Source: Malacoraja senta
Lineage: Eukaryota
Assembly (NCBI GenBank): GCA_038087875.1
Contig: CM075990.1
Span: forward strand, 7,440,001 to 7,504,000
Direction of reading: 5' to 3'
DNA: 64,000 nt
Shown: positions 38,791 through 50,665 of the stretch, piece after piece
Numbering within the stretch: position 1 is the stretch's first letter
How the letters are laid out: every line of letters starts with the position of its first letter
Made by a program: the position numbers and the translations under genes
Notes under the pieces: model-generated
Database searches by the model: none
Told to the model about the DNA's origin: nothing
The model's input: only the letters and a program-made list of their open reading frames with translations

Positions 38791-39330
38791 CAGGCCCTTG
38801 GCTTCTTCAATGGTACACCTTTGTTAAAAATAACTCAGAAACTTGTTTCTTATATTAATGATGATGTTTCAAATGACTTAAAAAAAAAGTTAAGCGTGTT
38901 GGAGAGTAGTTTTGTTGAGCATTTGTCCCTAGACTTGTGGGCGAGTTACCTTGTATGTTGGTGAATTTGGAAGATGTGGTTTGCTGCAAATTCCTTCAGC
39001 TACTACACTTCCACGTTCGATGTTGCCCGTCAATCCATGGGAAGCCTGCCTCTCCCCTGGAGTAGCCGAGCATGGGGAGTGGTGGGGACGTGGGGTAGAG
39101 ATGGTGTTGGGGAGAGCTGTCCAATCTCNNNNNNNNNNNNNNNNNNNNNNNNNNNNNNNNNNNNNNNNNNNNNNNNNNNNNNNNNNNNNNNNNNNNNNNN
39201 NNNNNNNNNNNNNNNNNNNNNNNNNNNNNNNNNNNNNNNNNNNNNNNNNNNNNNNNNNNNNNNNNNNNNNNNNNNNNNNNNNNNNNNNNNNNNNNNNNNN
39301 NNNNNNNNNNNNNNNNNNNNNNNNNNNNNN

Positions 39331-39590
39331 GTCCCTCTCTGTCCCTCTCTTTCCCTCTCTTTCCCTCTCTTTCCCTCTCTGTCCCTCTCTGTCCCTCTCT
39401 GTCCCTCTCTGTCCCTCTCTTTCCCTCTCTTTCCCTCTCTTTCCCTCTCTTTCGCTCTCTTTCGCTCTCTCTCGCTCTCTCTCTCTCTCACACACACTCT
39501 TTCTCTCGCTCTCCCTCGCTCTCCCTCTCTCTCCCTCTCTCTCCCTCTCTTTCCCTCTCTTTCCCTCTCTTTCCCTCTCTTTCCCTCTCT
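39331..39590 (+). repeat. 10-bp polypyrimidine minisatellite ((T/G)TCCCTCTCT)n
   Basis: Directly readable. Abuts a gap. Confidence 0.95.
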
Positions 39591-40167
39591 GTGCAATTCC
39601 TCCCTCCTGACACTTCGATTCAGGCAATAAATTTCGACAAGCCTTTAAAATAAACATTCTGTCTGATCCACGGACGTGGCAATGGGACCAGTAATTAAAA
39701 ACTTCCATCCTTTCTGCTCTGGGTCAATGTTTACAACTCTCCAATTAATGGCCACAGTAAGGAGGTGAGTTAAATCACATAATAGAGGCAGACGGAAGAG
39801 AAACATTTCAAAATCGTATTCCCTCACATAACATCAGCCTCATTGCTTCCTGGAGGAATGACTATCCTTTGCAGCATTTTCTCTCCAGCCAGCAGCCTGA
39901 ATGGCCATTGACCTGAGAACATGAAATAAAGATGCAGGAATCCATCTTGTCATCTCTTGCGCCAAGTCCACCATTCAGCACGATCATGGCTGACCTTCCA
40001 TCTCCTCTCTCCTACCCTTGCATTCCAGAAAATCTATCCATTTCACCCCCAGTAAGGAGACGCATTGGCTATTCTGTCCAACATCCGCCGTTCAGATCTT
40101 GATTCACACTTGTCTTACCTCTTCCCTCAGTGCCACTAACCCCCTATACTTTATATCCGAAAACATG

Positions 40168-40470
40168 GACGCCACAGTGGCACAGCGGTAGAGTTGCTGC
40201 CTTGCAGCGCTTACAGCACCGGAGACCCCGGTTCGATCCTGACTACGGATGCTGTCTGTGTGGAGTTTGTACGCTCTCCCTGTGACCTGCGTAGGTGTTC
40301 TCTGAGATCTCCGGTTTCCTCCCACCCTCCAAAGACGTACAGGTTTGTAGGTTAATTGGCTTGGTATCAATGTAAAACTGTCCTCCGTGTGTGTAGCGTG
40401 GTGTGCGGGCATCGCTGGTCGGTACGGACCCGGTGGGCTGAAGGGCCTGTTTCCGTGCTGTATCTCCAAA
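40168..40470 (+). mobile_element. HE1-like V-SINE
   Basis: TGGCACAGCGG A box, GGTTCGATCC B box, CR1-type tail. Confidence 0.85.
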
Positions 40471-40796
40471 CAAAGTAAATTAACCTATCCGTCTTTCTCT
40501 TGAACGTAATGTTTGTGTCTCCATGGCTCTCGTGGTTGGAGAATTCCAAAGATTCAATATCTCTGGGTGTAGAAATTTCCCTCCTCGTCCCTCTCCTGAG
40601 TGGCTGGCCGCTTATTAGGAGACTGTGGCCCTTGGTTTGAGACCCCCCAGCCAGGTGAAACATCAACTTCACATCTATCCTCCTAAATAATGTATATTTT
40701 ACTTAGACCGCCATAAATATATTCAACATGTGAGGATCAATGCTGTCACGAGAAGAAGAACATTCGTGGATTGTAAGTATAGTGGATGTCTGATGT

Positions 40797-40890
40797 CTGA
40801 AGAAGGGTCTCGACCCGAAACGTTGCCTATTTCCTTCGGTCCATAGATGCTGCCTCACCCGCTGAGTTTCTCCAGCATTTTTGTCTACCG
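40797..40890 (+). mobile_element. Penelope-like terminal repeat with minimal hammerhead motif
   Basis: CTGAAGA A GGGT CTCG ACCC GAAACGTT. Confidence 0.8.
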
Positions 40891-41266
40891 AGGATTTTAA
40901 CCCGGTGTTATGCCCAACATACCCTGCTAGATTAATTCCTAGAGATTTAGGGATGATGCTAGCAAACCTTTACTGCACCTTCTCACTTGTATCCTAGACT
41001 TCACCTTACCCTTCCTGAGATGAGGAGATCAAATCTGTGTGCAGTTCTCCACTGTATTCCGGTACGGTGGTCCTACACTGCCAGGGTGAGGTCAAACTAC
41101 GGGTTTAAACCGAAGATGGACACAAAATGCTGGAGTAACTCAGCAGGACAGGCAGCATCTCTGGAGAGAAGGAATGGGTGATGCTTTGGTTCGAGACACT
41201 TCTTCAGACTGAGGGACCTATTCTTGTGCTGTACTATATTCTATGTCAGGATGTGGACCTGATATG

Positions 41267-41504
41267 TAGAAAGGAACTGCAGATGCTGGTTAAAACCAAA
41301 GATAGACAAAAAAGGCTGGAGTAACTCAGCGTTACTTTTTTGCATACCTGTCATTCATTTGTTCTACATCACCATCTATAGCCCTTGTTGCCCTCTCCCC
41401 TGACTCTCAGTCTGAAGAAGGGTCTTGAACAGAAATGTCACCTAGTCCATTTCTCCAGAGATGCTGCCTGACCCGCTGGGTTACTCCAGCTTTTTGTGTC
41501 TATC
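41267..41504. mobile_element. Fold-back Penelope-like insertion
   Basis: Inverted arms. TSD TGGACCTGATATG at 41254-41266 and 41505-41517. Confidence 0.75.
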
Positions 41505-42414
41505 TGGACCTGATATGCCGATCGTCTTCCACAGATGCTGCCTGACCTGCTGAGTTCCTTGAGCAGCTCCCCTGTAATTTAGTTACAGATTCCTGCATCT
41601 GCACTTCTCTTGTCCCTGCAGTGGCAGCAAGACATTCGTACGCTTGTACTCCATCCATCTTGCAATTAGGGACAGTGTGTTAGTTGTCTTTTCAGTTTAG
41701 AGTTGCTTGCTAACGTTTTGTCATCTTCATGCATTGGGTACATGAGCACCAAAATTGACCGGTTATCCTCGATTTGAAATGGGTTTTTTAAATGAAAATC
41801 CACAGTTCCTGACATTTGCTCTCCATTTCCTCCTGTCCTGTGCACGTTCCGAGGATGCCCACATCCCTACATCAGCCTCTCCATTTACTCTCTCACCGAG
41901 CTTTGTGGCATCAGCAAATATAGATACTTTGCAGCTGAATGGTTTCTCCATTCGGGTTATTTATATAGATTGCAGGAACTGAGGCCCAGGCTCTGATCCT
42001 TTGACACCCTGCTGGTTGCAGGCTGTCAACTGGAGAACGTCACATTCATTGAGACGCCCTGTTTTTTTGGTTCATCAGTCGGTCTCTCCTGCACATTAAC
42101 CACACGAGCCCTTAGCCCGTAACCTTTCACGCAACACTTCAGCAAATGTCTAATGACAATGTACATGTACAATATCCTCTCGTTCTCCCTTATCTGGCCT
42201 GCTGCTTACATTCTCAACAACCCTTAATACCTTTGTTAAACATGATTTCCCTTCCATAAAACCATGTTGATTTTGACTAATCAGGTCAAGCTTTTCTCAC
42301 TGAGCCGTTCTCACATCCCTGATGACGGTGCAGGGAGGAACTGCAGATACTGGTTTAAACCAAGGATAGACACAAAAAGCTGCAGTCACTCAGCAGGTCA
42401 GGCAGCATCTCATA

Positions 42415-43110
42415 AGGTCATAGGGGGATAGGAGTAGGATTAGGCCATTCAGCCCATCAAGTCTGCTCCGCCATTCAATCATGGCTGATCTATCTCTCCT
42501 TCCGAACCCCATACTCCTGCCTTCTCCCCATAACCTCTGACACCCGTACTAATCAAGAATCTATTTATCTCTGACTTTAAAAATATCCACTGATGGCCTC
42601 CACAGCCTTCTGTGGCAAAGAATTCCACAGATTCACCACCCTTTTTAAGTTGGAGATAAATAGATTCTTGATTAGTACGGGTGTCAGAGGTTATGGGGAG
42701 AAGGCAGGAGAATGGGGTTCAGAGGGAGAGATAGATCAGCCATGATTGAATGGCGAAGTAGACTTGATAAATAAATTTCACCTCATCTCCTTCCTAAAAT
42801 ATCACCTCATCTCCTTCCTAAAAGAATGTCCTTTAAATTCTGAAGCTATGACCTCTGGTCCTAGACTCTCCAACGAGTGGAAGCTTCCTCTCCACATCCA
42901 CTCCATCCAAGCCTTTCACTACTCTGTATATTTCAATGAGATCCCCCATCAACCAAGTGATGAGTTCTCCAGAGAGATTCCAGTGGATTCTAAACTCCAG
43001 AGAGTACAGGCCCAGTGCCGACAAATGCTCATCATAGGTTAACCTACTCATTCCACGGGATCATTCTTGTAAACCTCCTCTGGATCCTCCCCAGAGCCAG
43101 CACATCCTTC
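42415..43110 (-). mobile_element. CR1 LINE 3' fragment with an internal inverted duplication
   Basis: LTYDEHLSALGLYSLEFR...GESRTRGHS. The segment 42650-42768 is an inverted copy of the tail. Confidence 0.8.
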
Positions 43111-44166
43111 CTCTGGAGAAAAGGAATAGGTGACGTTTGGGTCGGGGCCCTTCTTCTAATAATGGTTCCAGTATTTTGCCCAACCTGCTTGTCATTGCTG
43201 TTTTCTCTCTCCCTCTTCTTGAGCAGTGATGTCTCTTTTCCAATGATCTCGGACTGTTACCGAATTTGGGGAAATTTATGGATTGCCACCTGTGCACTTA
43301 ATGTCTCTGCAGCTTCCTCTAGGATATAGTCTGTCAGGTTTAGAGGATTTGTTGACTATTAGAATCTTGCTTTTGTTTCCTTTACCGATGTTAATTAGTT
43401 TAAGTTCCTCAGTTTTATTGACGACGGATGATTATATCCTTTGTCTTTTGTTGTGAGAGAGAGAGAAAAACACACACAATCCTTATGGCAGGAAGGAAAT
43501 GGTGGCATTGAAGAGGTTTACCAGAATGCCGGCTGGATTAGACCGGTTAGCTATAAGGAGAGTTTGGACAAACTGGAATTGGATTCTCAGGAGTTTTCTC
43601 AGGACATATATAAAAGTCTCAACCTCTCCCTTGTCTCTGTTTGGCTGCTCATCTGACAACAGTATGGCGGGAATATCGTAGGAGCTGCCAGGGAAGTAGT
43701 TGAGACCGATACTATAACAGCATTTAAAGGCACAGGTACATAGATGGGGAAAGGTTTAATAAAGGGATAAAGGCCAAACATAGTCAAATGGGATTAGCTT
43801 AGAAAGAGCATCTTGGTCATCATGGACGTTGGGCTGAAGGGCCTGTTACATACTGCATGACCCTATAACAGTACATGATGACCAGAAATTTCCTCTAACT
43901 TAATAATGGAGATGCAAGCTTAATTGCCTTCAGTTCCTATCATAAAAAAACACTTCCTGACCAAAAACTCCATCTACCTCTTCGTAACGAACCCATCCTG
44001 AAATACACTGTTCACAATCTAGGTGTCATATTTGACTTTGAGCTCAGAGCCCAGAACTGTGCCACACATTTCCACCACTGCAACTTCTCCAAGTGCCTAT
44101 CAATGGCTTGTGACTCCAGCAGTGCCAATTCTAATCCATTCCCATTCTCCAATCCATCCACTTCTC

Positions 44167-44490
44167 ATAGTCATAGAGTGATACAGTGTGGAAACAGGCC
44201 CTTTGGCCCAACTTGCCCACATTGGCCAACATGACCCATCTGCACTGGTCCTACCTGCTTGCATTTGGGTCCATATCCCTCCAAACCTGTCCTATCCATG
44301 TACCTGTCTAACTGTTTCGTAAACATTGGGATAGTCCCAGCCTCAACTACCTCCTCTGGCAGCTTGTTCCATACACCCATCACCCTTTGTGTGAAAAAGT
44401 TACCCCTCAGATACCTGTTAAATCTTTTCCCCTTCACCTTAAACCTCTGTCCTCTGGTCCTTGATTCCCCTCCTCTGGGCAAGAGACTGT
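44167..44490 (-). mobile_element. CR1 LINE 3' end
   Basis: GESRTRGQRFKVKG.RF...RGNFFTQRVMGVWNKLPEEVVEA. Confidence 0.85.
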
Positions 44491-45029
44491 ACATCCCGAG
44501 TTTCTATCCCCCATGATCTGGTGATCATCCAAAACTAACTCATCGACCTATTTACCATTTGCGGATGTACACAGGATCCTAATGAAGCAATGCCTTGATT
44601 TTTAAATTTCACCTTAGTTTTTCAATCCCTCTGTGGTCTTGTGCATTCCCATTGTACCCTGCCCTCCAGCACTCCTCCTCTTGAAGCTCTCTGTACTCAT
44701 TTAACTTTGGCCTTTGCGTAATGTCCTAATTGAATCAGCCCTCACTATTGGCAGCAGCACCCTCGGGTGCCATTATTTTGGACCTTTAGAATCCCCGCTC
44801 TGAACATCTCCGTCTCGCTACTTCATCCTCATTAAAGCTCGCCTCATTGACCAGGTTTTTCTTCATTGTCTTAACACCTCCTGCCTCAAGTGGTGGCAAA
44901 TGTTGTTTACTTGCGTTCCTGTGATGCTCCACGTAATGCATTAAAAGGTCGCTCTAAATGTTGGCGGCACATTGGCTCAGCAGACAGAGCTGTTTCCTCA
45001 CAACTCAAGTGACCCAGGTTTCCCAGTAA

Positions 45030-45700
45030 CTTCCCGGCGAGGACACGGCTATTCTCCGAGTCGCGTCCTCGCCCCCCTCCTCGCGGCCTACCACCTGGAT
45101 TGCAGCGGCCTTTCCTGCCGGGGACCCGGACCAGAGCTTCAGCAGCGGCGGCGCAGCGCTGGATACATCGCGGAGCGGGCGATTGCTTACCTGGTTCACC
45201 GTTGACGAGTGTTGGGCCTGCTGCTCCAACATCGGAGCTGTGGTCCGTAGAGCTTCCAGCGCGGGCGGCGCTGACTTCAACATCGCGGAGTCCTGGGGCC
45301 CTTTGCCGGGGGCCGCCAGCGTTGAATCTCGGCCTGTGCACTTCGGGAGCTGCGGACTCCTGTAGGAGGTGGCCGATTCGGATGTCCAAGCCGCGGAGGA
45401 TGTCCTCCAGTCCGACATCGGACTTCCATCACCCCGGCGAGCGGGCCTGAACATCGGGCCGCCCGTAGCGGCGACAGCGGGGGGTTTGGGAGCCCCCTCG
45501 ACCACGGGAGGACAACAGAGGAGGATGACTGAATTTTGGAGCCTTCCCTCACAGTGGGGAAACTTTGATCCCGCTGTGTGGGGATGTCTGTGTTAAAGAC
45601 TATCGTGTTCTGTGCTGTTTATTATTCATATGGCTGTATGGTGACCACACGTTTCACTGTACCAATTGGTACATGTGACAAATAAATGTATCTTGTATAT
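45030..45700 (+). mobile_element. GC-rich non-coding retroposon with Rex1-like 3' end
   Basis: CpG-rich body. The 3' block GCCTTCC.TCACAGTG...GTATGG...AATAAA is shared with 10480-10750. Confidence 0.5.
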
Positions 45701-45784
45701 TGAACCTGACCTCTGGTTCTATCTGTGTGGACATTCTGGTCCTGGTTCTATTTCTTATGTGTCTGAAACAAGTCCCTCAATAGG

Positions 45785-46445
45785 AGGGGCACAGAGTCGC
45801 AAGTAGTAGAGCTTCTGCCTCACAACTCCAGGCATGTGGGTTCAACATATCGTGTGGAGTTTGCGTTTTCAACCCCACAACCCTGCATGGGCTCCACCTG
45901 AATGCTCTCGGTTCCTCCCATATCCAAAGAGGTCATAAGTGATAGCAGCAGAATTAGGCCATTCAGCCCATCAAGTCCTCTCCACCATTCGATCATGGCT
46001 GATCTATCTCTCACTCCAAACCCCATTCTCCTGCCTTCACCCCATAACCCCTGACACCTATACTAATCAAGAATCTATCTATCTCTGCCGTAACAATTGA
46101 CGGCCTCCACAGCCTTCAGTGGCAATGAGTTCCACAGATTCACCACCCTCTGACAAAATAAATTCCTCCTCATCTCCTTCCGACGTCCTTTAATTCTGAG
46201 GCTATCACCTCTAGTCCCAGACTCTCCCAATAGTGGAAATGTCCTCTCCACATCCCAGAGTTGCGGATCGGGTAGTTAAAAGGCCACCGTACACTGCACC
46301 TAGAATGTAGGCGAGTGGTAGAGACTTTCGGGGTGGGTGGGAAGATGAGGAGAATATGGGGAGAATTAAATAGGATTAAGGCGGATGTATGATTGATTGT
46401 TGGCACAAGCTCAGTGGGCTGAAGGACATGTTTCCATGCTGAATG
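45785..46445 (+). mobile_element. V-SINE interrupted by a minus-strand CR1 3' end (45931-46254)
   Basis: The SINE breaks after CATATCCAAAGA and resumes at CACATCCCAGAG. Confidence 0.65.
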
Positions 46446-47829
46446 CCGCTTCTACTCAGAATCCAAATGAAACAGACAGATCTACACATAAATTTAAGTT
46501 GCTTGAGGCGATCCAATCCATCAAATACTTTTAAAAATCCTAAAGTCCTCTCTGTCAAGTCCCTTCAGTCTGCACTTTTCGAGAAGAAAGGGTCCCAGAG
46601 TGTTCCGTCTTTTCCTTTCTCACACTTCTGCACAGACCCCCAGGGAGAGCAGTAAATGCTGCCTTGGCAGCATTGCCCAGGAAAATGAACCACAATTAAA
46701 AATTCCACCCTCTTCTCCCCATTTAATCTTCGCTGCAACGTGGTGTCGAAAACCTCTCCGCAATTTTGCAAGTGGAGTCCCAGTGAGGTTTGTTTACAAG
46801 TCCATCATGTTCGATCCATGTGCAAATGATCTTCAGCGCTTTGTTTTTTTATTTCTACGGATATTTAAATCCGTGCCTTGATCAGTGATCAGTGATTCTG
46901 CCCCCCCCCCCCCATCTGCTCCTTTGCCCTATTTCATCACAGACACCCCCAAGTATTGAGTGACCCTATTACTGTTCCAATCTAAATACAACAGCGAATG
47001 TGTATCTGTTTGGAAGTTTATTTGCAGCTTAAATGCCTATCTGAAGGGTTATTCATGTCATTCGAGGGTTACTGGCTCACATCTCTCCCCTGTGTAATTA
47101 CAATTCCCCCACTAAATTTAGTGTCAGATACAAAGTCTGACGTTGTCATTTAGTTTCCTGCGCTGAAGGCATTTAATAAGGAAGAGAAGTGGGAAAGGGC
47201 TAGTTTGCCCTCGAACCTGCTTTGACGTCCAGCAAGATTGTGGCCAATCCAATCCTTTGTGCAGTTGTGCTCAACAATTCCCCTATTTGTTGATTCCCTC
47301 AATCTAAAAATCTATCATTCTCGGTCTTAAATAAGCAACAAATGAGCACCCACAGCCTTCCGCAGAGAATTTCAGAGATGTACAATCCTTGCGTGGAAAT
47401 TTCTCAACTCGGTTCTCAATGTCGAACGGAAAGCAAAACAGAATTGCAGGTGTTAGAATCTGAAATAAACAGGAATGCAGGAAGAACTCAGCCAGTTTAT
47501 CAGCATCTGTGGTGAGAAACCAGCTAGTGCTTCAGTTCGAAGACCCTTCATCACCACTAAGAACAAGAGGAAACAAGTTCAAACGATGTCTTCGATCCGA
47601 AACACTAACGGGGCTCTCTTTCCACGGATGTTCCATTGCTAGCTGAGTTCTTCTAGCATTTCTGTTTTGTTCTAAATGTTCAACCGCTTCCCTGAGACCA
47701 TACCCCACTAAGCGTCAACTCAGAAAGGAAATGTGTAAGTATCCACTTTCAGTTGCTGACCTCTGAAATGGTTCAGTGCAAACACCCCTCATTCTTCAAA
47801 CTCCCCTGTTTCTCATCAACACGTGATGC

Positions 47830-48146
47830 TGACTTGCAGCGGTAGAGTTGCTGCCTTACAGCGCTTGCAGCGCCAGAGACCCGGGTTCGATCCCGACTAC
47901 GTGTGCTGTCTGTACGGAGTTTGCACGTTCTCCCCATGACCGCTTGGGTTTTCACCGAGATCTTCGGTTTCCTCCCACACTCCAAAAACGTGCAGGTTTG
48001 TAGGTTAATTGGCTTGGTGTATGTGTAAAAAAAATTGTCCCGTGTGTGTGTGTGTGTAAGATAGTGTTAATGTGCGGGGATCGCTGGTCGGTGCGGACCT
48101 CGGTCGGCCGAAGGTTTCCACATTATATCTCTAAACTAAACTAAAC
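47830..48146 (+). mobile_element. HE1-like V-SINE
   Basis: B box GGTTCGATCC and (CTAAA)n tail. Confidence 0.85.
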
Positions 48147-48605
48147 TCCAGTTCATGTAGGACGATCCCTTCTCAGACAATCCCACGTCCTGGAATATCC
48201 ATGCACTGCTCCCAAGGAAAGTGAACTTATGGAAACCTAAACTACACATGATATTCCAGTTGTACACTCGGAAATTCCAGTTTGATCACTGTGAAATCCT
48301 TAAATCGTTTAGAAAGCGGGACGCACAGTGTCTCTTGCCCAGAGTAGGTGAATCAAGGACCAGATGACACAGGTTTAAGGTGAAGGGGAAAAAAATTAAT
48401 AGGAATCTGAGGGGTAACTGTAGATTGGCTATTTCATACTAGCCTATTATAGTGTTTGTTAGTAGTAACTGTGCCTAGTATGTGCTTCATATTATCGAGA
48501 GCTTGCTTACGCTAGTTAGAAGGAGTAGCAGCTCGGAGATGTGATGACTGCAGATCCCTTGCTGTATGTAGATTTAATAAATATGTGTTGTATCGTGATG
48601 GTGTG

Positions 48606-48750
48606 TTCTTCTTCTTCTTGCATATGGCGTGCACAGCCTAAAGTTGTAGGACAACTTGTTCTATTTGGTCTTATTTGGTTGTGCACGCTAGGTTGATTGC
48701 ATTCGTCGAAACAGGGCGGACCAGGTGAAGGTTGCAATCTCCACCCCGTG
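48606..48750 (-). mobile_element. Retroposon 3' end with (GAA)n tail, nested in a CR1 3' fragment (48330-48950, +)
   Basis: TTCTTCTTCTTCTTGCATATGGCGTGCAC tail, with CR1 sequence on both sides. Confidence 0.45.
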
Positions 48751-49560
48751 ATGTGTGTTCGAGGGCTGGGACTATCCCAACGTTTAAGAAGCAGGTTAGA
48801 CAGGTACATGGATAAGACAGGTTTGGAGGGATATGGACTAAATGCAGGCAGGTGGGACTAGTGTAGCTGGGACATGTTGGCCGGTGTGGGCAAGTTGGGC
48901 TGAAGGGCCTGTTTCCACACTGTATCACTCTGTGACTCTGTGACTGTGTACTTTAGTCACACCAACACACGATGCTGACTTCCATACATATCTATGAGGA
49001 TATCATTATGTGCTGTGCCCACATGACACCTTATTTATATATTCTCTACACATCCCTCGTTCCTTGCAGATGGTGCCATCTTCAGGGCTGGTGTTTCTGC
49101 CTCTCGTGCTGCACCATTTATTCTGCTCAGTGAGCGGGCACAATTGAAGCAGCAATTGGATCCATCAAAGAAAACGAATTAGCGGCTGACATTAATATAC
49201 ACAATCATCCCACGATCACCTCTCTTTAACGAGGAGATGTCCCTCTGGAGCCGCCCGGTGTTCGACGCTGTACAATCTTTGCACACCAGTGGTTTTGAAC
49301 AGGTTCATTAAGTGAATGCCGCACCTTGCAGTGCTGTCCCGGGCACTGCTAAATGCTGCAGCAGCATCTTGGACATGCCTCTGTTTGTACGGTGCGGCAG
49401 CTTCATCATCCATCTCACTTCTGTTTGCTTTCATTTACAAACACAGCTTTCCTGGATTCAAAATGAAGGCGTGCCGGCATAAGCAAGCCGGGCGCACTCA
49501 ATTAATATCTGTCAGTGTTTACACGTGGCGCTTGGATCACGCTTGTCTCTGCTGCCAGGG

Positions 49561-49800
49561 TCTGTGTTGGTCCTGACTGTCCTTGTTCCAGTCAGGTTTT
49601 TCCTATACAAGACTGTGTCTGTGTTGGTCCTGACTGTCCTTGTTCCAGTGAGGTTTTTCCTATACAAGACTGTGTCTGTGTTGGTCCTGACTGTCCTTGT
49701 TCCAGTGAGGTTTTTCCTATACAAGATTGTGTCTGTGTTGGTCCTGACTGTCCTTGTTCCAGTGAGCTTTTTCCTTTACAAGACTGTGTCTGTGTTGGCC
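49561..49800 (+). repeat. 57-bp minisatellite, about 4.2 near-identical copies
   Basis: Units start at 49561, 49618, 49675, 49732 and 49789 (partial). Confidence 0.95.
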
Positions 49801-50361
49801 CTGTGTCTTGGTTGCAGGTTCCTTTACCAGACTCGCTGCATCTCGTGCCAAGATCATTGAACTGTCTATCTGTATCTGGCAGATATGTATTTGGTTCCAT
49901 TGTTCTTTATCTGGTTGCCCACATCAGGCATGTATGTCTCTGATCCTAAGCATGTTTAAGCGGACTCCTTGCATCTGGTCTGTCTGCCTCTGGTCATGGC
50001 AGCGTTGAATAGACTCAGTGTCTGTGTGTATGTTAAGTGGACAGTTTTCTCATACTACATCTGTTGATTTGTTTAAACTCTCCTGACATTTTGCCAGCTC
50101 CTGCCTCCTAATGACCTTGTAAATATTTTTCTATTGACTGACTTAACAGGTACACCAAATGTAAAGATTAATTTATGCAGTGATCTTGCAATCTACAAAA
50201 CGTGTGCCATCCAGCCATTCATGCAGAGTAAATATTGACGGAGCGTGCCATGTGTGATTTCAATACGGGCAACCTGTACCACACTCCGATCCTTCACACA
50301 TCCTTGCGCGTTGCGTGCCAGATATTCTCACCAACCTGCCGTGAGCTCGGTTGAGCTCTTT

Positions 50362-50665
50362 AGACTTTAGAAATACAACGCGGAAACAGGCCCGTCAGCC
50401 CACCGAGTCCGCGCCAACCAGCGGTCATCCCGTACACTAGTCCCATCCTGCACTCTAGGGACAGTGTTACAATTTTATTTAAGCCAACCAACCATCAAAC
50501 CTGTACGTCTTTGGAGTGTGGGGGGAAAACCGAAGATCTTGGCGAAAACCCACGCCAGTCACGGGGAGAACGTACAAACTCCGTACAGACAGCACCCGTA
50601 GTCAGAATCGAATCCGGGTCTGTGTCGCTCCAAGGCAGCAACTCTACCGCTGCGCCACCATGCCT
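50362..50665 (-). mobile_element. HE1-like V-SINE
   Basis: Full-length reverse-complement copy. Confidence 0.85.

Noticed and set aside
49053-49182. Acceptor-like TCCTTGCAG|AT as NRG3 exon 2
   Set aside because: The phase-1 reading (HGAIFRAG...) has no EGF cysteines and hits a stop.
49561-49800. CRISPR-like array or repeat protein
   Set aside because: Head-to-tail units with no unique spacers, in a eukaryotic context with no cas genes. The ORFs arise from the 57-bp period.
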